From Nemertoderma westbladi (Eukaryota; Animalia; Xenacoelomorpha): a stretch of DNA of 64,000 nt. Both the position numbers and the translations under genes were made by a program. Shown here one piece after another: positions 61,601-64,000 of the stretch (position 1 is the first letter of the stretch; each line of letters starts with the position of its first letter). The notes below the pieces were generated by a model. That model had not been told where the DNA came from. It searched no databases and saw only the letters and a list, made by a program, of their open reading frames with translations. The DNA is taken from the NCBI GenBank assembly GCA_032718475.1, contig JAUCBJ010002763.1, positions 13,009 to 77,008 of the forward strand, given 5' to 3'.

Positions 61601-63654
61601 TAAATAAAACGATGACTACTTACGGTTGAACAGATATAAACATGTTGTTTCTCTGTTTCCAAATAATTTTACTTGCTTGATATTGGTCTGTCAAAAACAT
61701 AATTCGTTCAACTCAAAACTATATTAGATAATATATATATATGTGTGTTCCTGCTATGCGGCAGGTACCCCAAGGCACTTGATAGCACTTATAAGAGTTA
61801 CAAACGAACTCACTTTGCAGCGGATGTGGGGTCAGCCTCCCGTAAAAGCCTTGACATAACCCTCACATAATGCAAGTAACAAGATGACACAATCAATTTA
61901 TATCTGATCGGTTTCAAAATTTGGCAAAAAAAACTAAAGCAAAAATTAGCACCAAATTTTGCACCTCTTTCGAAAAATATAGTTATAACAATAATATGTT
62001 TAGTTATATACTTATTTATTCCATTGAATTCAAAACCCCCATAAACATTTATAATGCGAGAAATATGTCTTACCAACCCACTCTTGATCAACTAAATAAT
62101 GAATAGGCTAAGTGCTTATCGGGCCTGCCCTACTTGGCTGACAGCTACAGGTAGTACCACATTACTGCCATAGTGGTAGCAGGATCTGGGGACCTGACCT
62201 CACTAGTTGCAGATTACAATGATGATGAATAATGCGAATTACTCTCCCCTACATAAAATATTTATCCAAACATGGAATAATACTGAATATAGGGCCTACA
62301 CAGTAGGGATTTAACGAATTTAACGAATATAACGGATGCTTAATTGGGTTTAAATAATTGTAATTGGGGCATTTCAATGCAGTTTGATCATGCGGAGTGC
62401 GTCCGAATTGTATACCTGTATTAAGAATTTATTTATATTATACATGTTAGACCTCACACAGGTACATTTCGTTTAAGGTTTGATGTAGCATATGATTGGC
62501 CTTACGACGCTATTCGCTTTTCATTATCAGTAAATACTTTATGTATAAACTGCTTAAACAGTATTTCTATACATTGATAATTAATTGAGAAAGAGTACAT
62601 TCAATTCAATTTAATTTTGGCAGACTTTCTAGAAATTTTAAACGTGACTATTGGCTAATGGCTATTGATTTAATATTGACACAGGATTCTCTCTTTTGCA
62701 TCCACTGTATTTTACTAGCCAAGCTGTAATATTTAGTTATTTTACCGAAACAATTCCCATTTTCCGGTACGAATGATTAAAGAACCTAGATTATCTTGCA
62801 TTGCCAAGGGACCCAAATCGGTGATCGAGTCTTGAGAAGAAATCCCCTCATCTGCGAAGTAAACACCTTGAAACATAACCAATCCACGCTGAAAAACATT
62901 AAGAATTATTTAATTTTGCTTAACTACCTTTACACATAGGTATAGTGGTTATTATAATTTAATAATGTAATGTGTAGAAAAATGTCTAGAAAAAAATCTT
63001 GTCTATTTTGAAGAACACATAAAAATTTAAAGTACAGAAGTGATACTTTAAATTCGGAGCCGGTTATTAAATTGGAGTAGGTTACAGATGCGGGCTTCTC
63101 AAACCAAAACAATAAACGATCTCATTAATATCCAGGGAAAGAACCTGGTTACAGTTGCCCACAAAGTTATTTAAGTGAAAGAAAACATATATTGGTTACT
63201 GAAACTCTTTCTAGAGCAACAACTGATATGCTATGATAGCACTGGAGAATTTTCCTCCTGAGTTTAATTACATAATGCTAACAAAAGTTAAACTTACTAA
63301 CTATTATATAATAATATAATATAATCCAATTAAATTATCTTACATGAGGTATAAAACGAATAAATGAAACTTGATCGCTTAGCTTGGTACTCCAATTTCC
63401 AGGTGAAGGATAAAGCCCAGGTTTCAGGATAACAAAATGACCACTCCTATTGTTTTCGTACAAAATCCAGGTACCCTTATAAATTCTGAAATATAAGATA
63501 TGTAGGTGTATAAATTATGAAATGCAACACCGATATCTAAATACCGCTAAATATATAATAATATTCAAAGAGCATATATTACTTTTCCCCAAACAAAGCC
63601 AGGTTCCCTTTACACTGATGGGTTAGAGTAGGCACTAGCTTCAAAATGTCTTGT
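3526..63654 (-). CDS. Spliced host gene (partial) encoding a multi-domain beta-gamma-crystallin-type protein; 17 exons, about 800 aa in window
   Basis: Exons in transcription order: 63583-63654, 63344-63485, 62746-62888, 32059-32328, 28556-28669, 27538-27714, 23324-23450, 19191-19310, 15541-15681, 12317-12465, 11662-11830, 11261-11358, 10365-10491, 10008-10162, 9588-9705, 6128-6282, 3526-3639. Each has AG/GT ends, the intron phases match at every junction, and there are no stops. The protein alternates motifs x-L-F/Y-x-x-x-N-F/Y-x-G...D-x-I-S-S and G-x-W-x-L-Y-E...PG-x-Y-P...S-S-V-R/K, typical of the beta-gamma-crystallin family. Confidence 0.88.
4215..4453 (-). mobile_element. Internal fragment of the RTE-clade LINE, inverted
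   Basis: Reverse complement of about 14752-14975 (YLGSW...LDGTFT region). Confidence 0.85.
4454..5668. mobile_element. piggyBac-like MITE ends (TTAA-CCCTATTACCAGTGGGG at 4908; inverted end at about 4655-4673) with three ~180-bp subrepeats at 5240-5668
   Basis: TTAA plus CCC termini; repeated gcaccaaaattagggcgtggcacttcaaatttt. Confidence 0.55.
5669..6058 (+). mobile_element. 5'-truncated RTE-clade LINE copy with (TAG)n tail
   Basis: MLRRV...RLRFAGHCFR...LVLWQP C-terminus shared with 14981-15370 and 31210-31601. Confidence 0.9.
6128..6282 (-). CDS. Crystallin gene exon (VEEPCSAPLITFYNDIDYKG...HELISSIKVTCG)
   Basis: gtttag / gtaagt. Confidence 0.9.
6431..6511. repeat. 18-bp minisatellite (tagccaaatctagcgggt) x4.5
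   Basis: Perfect tandem copies. Confidence 0.95.
9588..9705 (-). CDS. Crystallin gene exon (ISSYTGRSVVINPGYY...GNDVLSSMKRTQQN)
   Basis: tttcag / gtaaga. Confidence 0.9.
9846..9915 (-). mobile_element. tRNA-derived SINE-like head, degenerate
   Basis: ggtgtagtggtta (box A-like) ... ggttgtgggttc (box B-like). Confidence 0.4.
10008..10162 (-). CDS. Crystallin gene exon (DGIAVFEHPSYGG...FGDITSSAIVTGGQWELF)
   Basis: ttttag / gtaagt. Confidence 0.9.
10365..10491 (-). CDS. Crystallin gene exon (WVLYESNFDGMSKVLGPGEY...YNRLSSVRALPN)
   Basis: atatag / gtaagt. Confidence 0.9.
11261..11358 (-). CDS. Crystallin gene exon (GQTLHANGNVDTNAFNKRHINDAVKSIRIHCG)
   Basis: ttttag / gtaagt. Confidence 0.88.
11662..11830 (-). 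CDS. Crystallin gene exon (YPNYAGIKVELRPGYYP...DNTISSVKK...ITLYSEDDFK)
   Basis: ccatag / gtaaat; within ORF 11644..11862. Confidence 0.9.
12317..12465 (-). CDS. Crystallin gene exon (NGIMLFDYPNYEG...NNVISSVIVVSGTWTLY)
   Basis: tcttag / gtgagt. Confidence 0.9.
13530..15370 (+). mobile_element. 5'-truncated, decayed RTE-clade non-LTR retrotransposon (RT pseudogene)
   Basis: VPKKGNL, QNGFRKGRGT, FVDFFKAIDS, GVIQGDTLAP, YLGSW, RFAGHC motifs with stops and frameshifts; (TAG)n tail; target-site duplication taaggcacttgcc at 13517-13529 and 15370-15382. Confidence 0.92.
15541..15681 (-). CDS. Crystallin gene exon (IECGTWIVYEHDFDG...GPGNYP...QDRISSLRPLPS)
   Basis: ttccag / gttaga; phase 0/0. Confidence 0.9.
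16606..17852 (-). mobile_element. 3' end of a CR1/L2-group LINE (RT C-terminus, ORF 16910-17719) with poly(A) tail
   Basis: GLKQGSFLSP, LQVNPDKTE, YLGIKIDNKLEW, LYKALVLP..YC, WNELP; T-run at 16606-16634 is the A tail. Confidence 0.88.
18300..18410. repeat. Degenerate 27-29-bp tandem repeat (cttcgaacaacacagggtagcaacacatt) x4
   Basis: Visible tandem units. Confidence 0.8.
19191..19310 (-). CDS. Crystallin gene exon (DCHKITLFSDSNYQG...LNEKTSSIK)
   Basis: ttttag / gtaagt; phase 0/0. Confidence 0.9.
19600..20294 (+). mobile_element. Non-autonomous DNA transposon remnant, related to 24330-25156
   Basis: Shared internal subrepeats and right end aaaatagcc.gggcca.ataggg(t/a)taa. Confidence 0.6.
21729..22805 (+). 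repeat. Tandem array of ~345-bp units (three full plus one partial) with hammerhead ribozymes: non-LTR retrozyme-like
   Basis: Unit anchors acaaaaccata at 21751, 22098, 22443 and 22777; each full unit has CTGATGA-stem II-(G)AAA. Confidence 0.9.
22341..22402 (+). ncRNA. Type I hammerhead ribozyme (best-preserved copy), predicted cleavage after GUA at 22389
   Basis: Stem I ttagtgcta/tagcgctgg, core CUGAUGA, stem II ggcct-gat-aggct, GAAA, minimal stem III AC-gtac-GU with palindromic loop. Confidence 0.85.
23324..23450 (-). CDS. Crystallin gene exon (YPDYGGVQKTISVGKY...VDKISSVKLVNDQDSN)
   Basis: tcacag / gtaagt. Confidence 0.88.
23810..24090 (-). mobile_element. Ty3/Gypsy remnant: tRNA-Trp-type PBS followed by truncated gag N-terminus
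   Basis: PBS tggtgacccagacgt at 24073-24087; VSLKLPRFW...WFTQVEAQF...TKYFYVVAAL is the typical CsRn1/Mag-like gag start. Confidence 0.8.
24330..25156 (+). mobile_element. Non-autonomous piggyBac-like remnant (right end GGG-TTAA)
   Basis: Homologous to 19600-20294; ends atagggttaa. Confidence 0.6.
25157..27333. mobile_element. MITE with TIRs ccgtttaacgc / gcgttaaacgg, carrying nested insertions
   Basis: Terminal inverted repeats next to TTAA; subterminal inverted repeats at about 25240-25262 and 26955-26978. Confidence 0.6.
25759..25948. mobile_element. PIF/Harbinger-type MITE
   Basis: TIR ggccgcgttcacacta..agtcaaagtcaaa and its inverse; TTA flanks on both sides. Confidence 0.8.
27538..27714 (-). 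CDS. Crystallin gene exon (VRALTALDGTGSYIALFDDPNFCG...FHDRISSAIISSGTWLIA)
   Basis: gcatag / gttagt; within ORF 27519..27722. Confidence 0.9.
27747..28853. repeat. 1.1-kb segmental duplicate (copy B) of 2699-3823
   Basis: Direct, near-identical sequence. Confidence 0.95.
28556..28669 (-). CDS. Crystallin gene exon (WIIYEDNFCGSFSIIGQGDYPEPISWGTSGPRDNTIS)
   Basis: taatag / gttagc; phase 2/2; completes the domain begun at 32328. Confidence 0.88.
29922..31052. mobile_element. Fold-back MITE with ~510-bp TIRs, TTAA target duplication and GG termini (Kolobok- or Sola3-like)
   Basis: ttaa-ggggggg...ccccc-ttaa; 29922-30430 is the reverse complement of 30540-31052. Confidence 0.88.
31098..31601 (+). 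mobile_element. 5'-truncated RTE-clade LINE copy
   Basis: ORF 31149-31550; (TAG)n tail; TSD tagaagtgccaa at 31086-31097 and 31602-31613. Confidence 0.92.
32059..32328 (-). CDS. Crystallin gene exon (DTFSGPRIILNPGYYP...DAVSSIK...ITLYTDRNFQG...NAVSSIKVECG)
   Basis: ttattcag / gtgatc; two Greek-key motifs; lies within ORF 32055..32405. Confidence 0.9.
33400..33582. repeat. Penelope pseudo-LTR segment, inverted copy at 52868-53045
   Basis: Reverse-complement match flanking the GIY-YIG fragment, the usual inverted pLTR arrangement. Confidence 0.8.
33588..33993 (-). pseudogene. Penelope-like element GIY-YIG endonuclease, C-terminal part; the N-terminal part lies at 52795-52852 beyond the BEL insertion
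   Basis: NCKSTNVIYLVSCSRCNKQAVGS...FKARIANY...REGYYQCTL..LEPYGIN is the PLE endonuclease pattern; removing the BEL element and one CCATT restores NNCVYCDKIEP-MEFVSSK in frame. Confidence 0.88.
33994..35933 (-). repeat. 3' LTR (1940 bp; includes a private 40-bp tandem duplication at 34206-34285)
   Basis: About 99 percent identical by eye to 50895-52794. Confidence 0.95.
36340..36720. repeat. 21-bp minisatellite (tgcataagtttagaataatac) in the BEL 3' UTR
   Basis: Multiple degenerate tandem units. Confidence 0.85.
36833..38344 (-). CDS. Extra ORF after pol: about 490-500 aa with three CCHC zinc knuckles and a basic RG tail; function unknown
   Basis: CGKCGAAGHHSTKC, CGWCGDQGSHTFYTC, CTYCNIKGHRASEC; long open frame inside the LTR pair. 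Confidence 0.82.
   Translation of the reverse strand: MYLRCAGSLIERPSMFTMLPYEGERIVELTDESRQTRAPIGLLGDDFEVTTTIDDPLEELLEIERNLLKKSQTEIRQLEATDAVVCIQPSETYQPIDPDDYDYSVGGSARPIGDLIYERVWYPANTMCGKCGAAGHHSTKCSGKHITTTQLICGWCGDQGSHTFYTCWRFMAQCTYCNIKGHRASECQLRDIPYEHESVKLVRKLFDDWEDLADEHVSAQRRRFPMRAHLGFWAVNPQTMMSEGYISAMPQYDELIEVVDILPHDSGFRVVREYLLQIHPDNKNTWNFQKVVNRITYGEFDRFRTEKRNKGAWLTVAWAYRAAFYHKRIRASVFEEEEVLEATNIPATPVAPSARHPREDGQHRIIRVQKVSQQLKKTINVEERRGYEPTIRITRDTVSLPREPQGGSGHIPADQKGAQASLGSASSAFHAFPDVLPAVDTTNRSRGIGQGFGITKRRICEEMVVPSPNIQSKPVARPTSPISRAKSLIRSFRGRGRARSAKR
38215..38451 (-). CDS. Possible 78-aa ORF (MAKGIHGEPRWG...CLQC...) overlapping the start of the extra ORF in another frame
   Basis: ATG in good context, protein-like composition; could instead be a frameshifted N-terminus. 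Confidence 0.35.
   Translation of the reverse strand: MAKGIHGEPRWGYDIQEEAAAPFERFGAKDLVYFETCIFAVRDLLSKDHLCLQCYLMKENVSWSLRTNHGRRVRLSVS
39118..43899 (-). CDS. pol: BEL pol: protease C-half, RT, RNase H, integrase
   Basis: YLPHH, K.RIV.DCA, DVEAMFHQV, FYVDD, LHCFSDAS, HHCC zinc finger, IDCFGP, SDQGTNFVG, WERLI; in frame with gag across one TGA. Confidence 0.95.
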   Translation of the reverse strand, partial: VKLNLDTLLPKSQHSKKERSLLPFKDLTFAATKDFSNLLGPVPEQSLEDRKYFRHLGVPECPVNYRSVAMLIGTDQFNLHQVWETRPSVVVAGNAYACRTPIGWYTRAPVRTLDISDEEDDVQSTCSLLTTTSIHSFSPDIDYTTLRSTKHDNVTGTTCVANTISHRKQPIHKVSIEIEKKRSQAEVPSTTDDNAGRLASLSTPITLVMPVDIDDDALRNCQVEQATLDKELTEKTIKWLEQDTAEPGRYEPCMSEQEKQSLKIMEDTIRQTKDGHYEVGMLWRSQSPKLINNYPLALRRLHSIRQRLLKDEKAHLQYNTQMETYLTKGYAIKMTNPEIVTDQTYYLPHHYVRHPDKPDKVRIVNDCAALFEGMSLNSELMDGPNMNNYLMGVIMRFRQRQVAFTCDVEAMFHQVRALERDRDSLRFLWYPDGDLSQPPATYQMQVRVFGARDSPNCTMYALKQTARDQKHMYDPEVIRIVERDFYVDDGLQSCDTVERAITVAHQLRDCLAGGGFNLTKFASNSAELVNSFETTERGGGDIDLEFEPLPTTKVLGLFWDPNTDNFRVKVKLDAEGDSLTKRSCLSKLSRLFDPLGFISPIILQARIYMRSIWKDGLTWDEPISSEQVVLWKTWEAQLSSLEDYSIPRVYFPLQTTFPDNLELHCFSDASDNGFGVTAYLRRQVDSDEFDVSLITSKAKTMPTKYMTTPRAELQAATLSTTIVNLIQTELQSSLQIFYWTDATLVLFYINNDTLEFKTFVANRRAEILDRSIKEDWRHCPGPQNPADIASRGMMPEEFCKPENKKFWQHGPQFLQRATQHWPPLYDNKSNTFPKDAEIKKPKKGKAKKKTTAKLKKKPKAKWKNITHKVRAGRLASLSQPDVSPDGQPDMLPDVSPDGQPDTLLDGQPDILPDMSLDVSPEVPRNILPDISQDVLPDISNVATHSKAVVSLLERPSIDKLPNLTPLINHKYSETSCITDVGSTYANVNTGVTLRSRDIPNLQPKVRPGINIGRKISLPKPSDPIELKPPLGIDTQSTDNQGKKTKKDKLLVDPDGSTVNKGIPTGGLVGPSSKSKPSKFSIDLPDDVTNTYVDRIVNLTDSWTNACRKLAWIVRFVQYVKGKRDFTRRLTLTEIDRCEIKLIRHYQLRYFAREFTSISQGQPIKSSPILSWSPIIYNGLICHKSRLQNIDFNTDFRYPIIIPQHHELQRAMILDAHLHLKHAGRHHCLSYLRTRFVLIRPSKALSSVTRMCIICKKVHSRISTQELSELPQARLQAFRPPFTETGIDCFGPIHTKRGRILVKRWGLIFTCMSSRAVHIERVMDLSTNAFILALRRFIARRGLVKCLYSDQGTNFVGARNEIARAFKKLDHDQISNELRPYKIVWKFNPPDSPWRGGVWERLIRSIKTAMAKVIPVNHILTDDQLTTLFVEIEAILNTRPIVLVPDDKQSQFALTPAHLLMQAPTTLTPISIPIEGDSYGRKAWKITQLLANKFWEIWQNHYLPSISTRTTWYKNTRALRAEDHVLLAEVNLKRRFWITGVILDTHPSMDGVTRTVTVRTIDGRTVDRPTQRLILLEETRNKSGDYKSPTNVSK
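43900..47007 (-). CDS. gag: BEL gag (DUF1759-like capsid, three Cys-His boxes) and aspartic protease N-half
   Basis: PPKFSG..W..F, EKFNYL..L.GEP; CQYC..H...C, CWRC...GH....C, CPYC...H..LLH; ILDSAS. Confidence 0.92.
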   Translation of the reverse strand, partial: EIEEQTQLLTVQAAVEEEKLRVANVARISHLQEQAELEAAEMERLELEIAQRTAAAELAQQASAAELERQAAAAAQQATAAELERRAAAADLEQRAAELEEHKRVSEARAEMKKRQIKAQSAIRQAEFEAQQQQTEQREKEVKLHFELERKARELAKAEENLDLLARDRSMRSRDGHDLDQIEVRHRQIQERMKEGSVGAPGRERQLVKDLCQRFPQVTPMFAPVTTKEPVSITGSSNISPIHGAMEHRFVIPDKFIPPRATSSPILKVKVSNPPITDRSSLLTGPALLTTKQVSPPSTPKPVTHYTYPMTFRPTRPLDSNAVTRPPVQFTSQSTTSRKTCEPTEQRRTVDTRPFNQFTSQSTTSRKTCEPTEQRRPVDTRPLNQFNQFTSQSTTSRKTCEPTEQRRPADDVPKRNVKIRTTQRTRARRPPYPGDSSTSSESDYPEREVFRTGAADECKRERSDNSFIDNPPQNTPIQRALQPTDAISTQQFADILRPVVNKLAQIKERLEEVHTDSSRNSEFEHNRNPKVPQRTIPSRNTSYQRKAPRRENTSQIANPGRETLNVAEEIAKFAARQGLPVQQPPKFSGSSKHWHTFVDYIESQISVCAFTSREKFNYLLLTLSGEPKRLAETFVDVPDAFELAYDRLTSIYGGTVSMAKSVIEELCKGGAITKPVDLLKLADEIKNAITTLRSIGQLDYGNTPTVLLKIIGRLHHRLRREWRKIEYQREERGGFLKLEDVYLLISREAVVETRSNYTDQHIVAEGITLPSSNRQKQPTTSTRTATYATPTETRQFPNGSKVSAPIGIKQTRQQLNADFSGCQYCERLNKRYTNHQLRRCHLFRELNSEERRLQIRPLDSCWRCTQHGHVRKDCPNTDTCPYCGRNHDGLLHTDSHTPTKRFTREHPEAAVKCNTVYKTRESRTTPTFVTHIRDCFPEQSGSSDEESEDDDIYSVGDEQPSIALLTPDQLKGFSVIPVKITGTKGSKRIYAILDSASSHSYVDEKVADVVTDLRQGKHVKYTVSSMHGQRAIPVT
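47008..47859 (-). CDS. BEL polyprotein N-terminal segment (gag leader, helical/coiled-coil)
   Basis: In frame with 43900-46899 across a single TGA. Confidence 0.8.
   Translation of the reverse strand: MSDKQDYTKNTQTDYDSCDAEKSEAEEPQGKTREPTEPTPCASPVHPTGVPDAVVRGDGRTEDFLTVPQPRHRETDMVSSVGGQESVVRSVGGYMAHITRSIGEGQRILDELTAPMSRFEFYTLQVRVQSKVHKSVDNLIGLQDLARQRQDMDTQFRILEKLMIAREKLIQFKTTVRQIQQEQADQLLGESVSDELLQPEEEQELYRPDGQLKHLTDHLRMCGEDVGDLETVPEYTRGTSPVQIESAPGILDQSLVSIRSEIGEVSIVTSEISRQQQQHYRQQ
52236..52512 (-). promoter_or_regulatory. LTR Pol II promoter and poly(A) module: three CCAAT boxes, TATAAAA (52367-52373), AATAAA about 130 nt downstream
   Basis: Motif order on the minus strand; same in the 3' LTR (TATA at 35506-35512). 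Confidence 0.6.
52580..52664 (-). ncRNA. tRNA-like Pol III unit inside the 5' LTR (second copy 35719-35803)
   Basis: Box A tagctcagtcggtaaagc, box B gagttcgaatcc, then a T6 terminator; the acceptor stem does not pair, so it is not a functional tRNA. Confidence 0.7.
53953..54800 (-). pseudogene. Possible decayed CMC/EnSpm-type transposase C-terminus
   Basis: NVICYHQLSDTIQRMLLWTT weakly recalls the NVHxLxHL...GPLW motif; many stops. Confidence 0.25.
54868..55043. repeat. Direct repeat of 33142-33322
   Basis: gcacacgctaactgcatgtcgaaatc...ccatactttacaat shared. Confidence 0.85.
55990..58575 (+). pseudogene. pol: BEL pol remnant: RT C-end, RNase H, integrase; one frameshift near 57200
   Basis: GFNLTKF, IYDPLG, LHMFSDAS, VPKLEL, ENPADLLSRG; H..H..C..C, VDMFGP, SDNGTNFVG. 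Confidence 0.92.
58725..59240. repeat. ~51-bp G/A/T-rich tandem repeat (gttagtaagagggtacgtagtaccg...) in the BEL-2 3' UTR
   Basis: At least five degenerate units. Confidence 0.9.
61014..61850 (+). repeat. ~480-bp tandem unit related to the Penelope pLTR at 53005-53250, carrying hammerhead cores
   Basis: 61015-61260 matches 61495-61720; ttgcttgatattggtctgtc, gagaccggatcatgctgaacatgg and ggcaggtacccc...cccgtaaaagcc are shared with 53005-53250. Confidence 0.85.
61476..61529 (+). ncRNA. Type III hammerhead ribozyme, predicted cleavage after GUC at 61482
   Basis: Stem III atgtgt/acacat, stem I ctgcac/gtgtag (loop gggtta), CUGAUGA, stem II gcc/ggc (loop aaatccc), GAAA. Confidence 0.9.
62746..62888 (-). 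CDS. Crystallin gene exon (RGLVMFQGVYFADEG...QDNLGSLIIRTGKWELF)
   Basis: tttttcag / gtaaaa; phase 0 start follows IPH. Confidence 0.85.
63344..63485 (-). CDS. Crystallin gene exon (IYKGTWILYENNRSGHFVILKPGLYPSPGNWSTKLSDQVSFIRFIPH)
   Basis: tttcag / gtaaga; even-type Greek-key motif. Confidence 0.88.
63583..63654 (-). CDS. Crystallin gene exon (QDILKLVPTLTHQCKGNLALFGE), most upstream seen
   Basis: ctctag acceptor, gtaata donor, phase 2/2 fits the next exon; sequence is less diagnostic than the other exons. Confidence 0.5.
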
Positions 63655-64000
63655 CTAGAGACACAACAGTGCGAAATTTTGTAGTAATAAACTATAAATG
63701 GAAAATACAATATTTAATACATATCAGACAGTCTGCTTATGTACTGTAGGCTTGTACTGTACTTATGCTACCGGTTTTACTGTAGTTATAGACAATAATA
63801 AAATGACGTTATAAATAATTGCACTGAATTTTGAAGAAATATAATTAAATATTGAAAATAAATAGAAATTAATTAAATATTGCGGGAATGAGAAGAAAAT
63901 ATTGAAGAGGAATGTTAGACTAATATGAGAGGTGGGGGGGGGGGGGGGGGGGGGGGGCTTGGACAAGCATAAAAAGTAGATCGTGGGGGGGGGGGGGGGG

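Noticed and set aside
63080-63210. Extra crystallin exon (IYVFFHLNNFVG...)
   Set aside because: In-frame stops, and the flanking exons already join correctly without it

Overview
AT-rich animal (invertebrate-like) genomic DNA, not prokaryotic. Its backbone is one spliced host gene on the minus strand that the ORF track misses. I can join 17 GT-AG exons between 63654 and 3526 into an open, phase-consistent reading frame of about 800 aa made of at least 17 tandem beta-gamma-crystallin Greek-key motifs that keep the Ca2+-binding N/D-x-x-S-S signature. Both gene ends lie outside what I could resolve. The introns are packed with mobile DNA. The largest is an 18.8-kb BEL/Pao LTR retrotransposon (33994-52794) with 1.9-kb LTRs, non-canonical TA...TA termini, no TGG primer-binding site, a tRNA-like Pol III unit in each LTR, an extra zinc-knuckle ORF after pol and a 17-22-nt motif repeated nine times. 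It is inserted into a Penelope-like GIY-YIG ORF. Also present: a second, internally deleted BEL element; a 345-bp tandem retrozyme array with type I hammerhead ribozymes; an apparently intact type III hammerhead with a kissing loop; RTE and CR1/L2 LINE remnants; a Ulp1-protease ORF; a Gypsy gag fragment; and several nested MITEs. All calls are by eye, without database searches or folding software.
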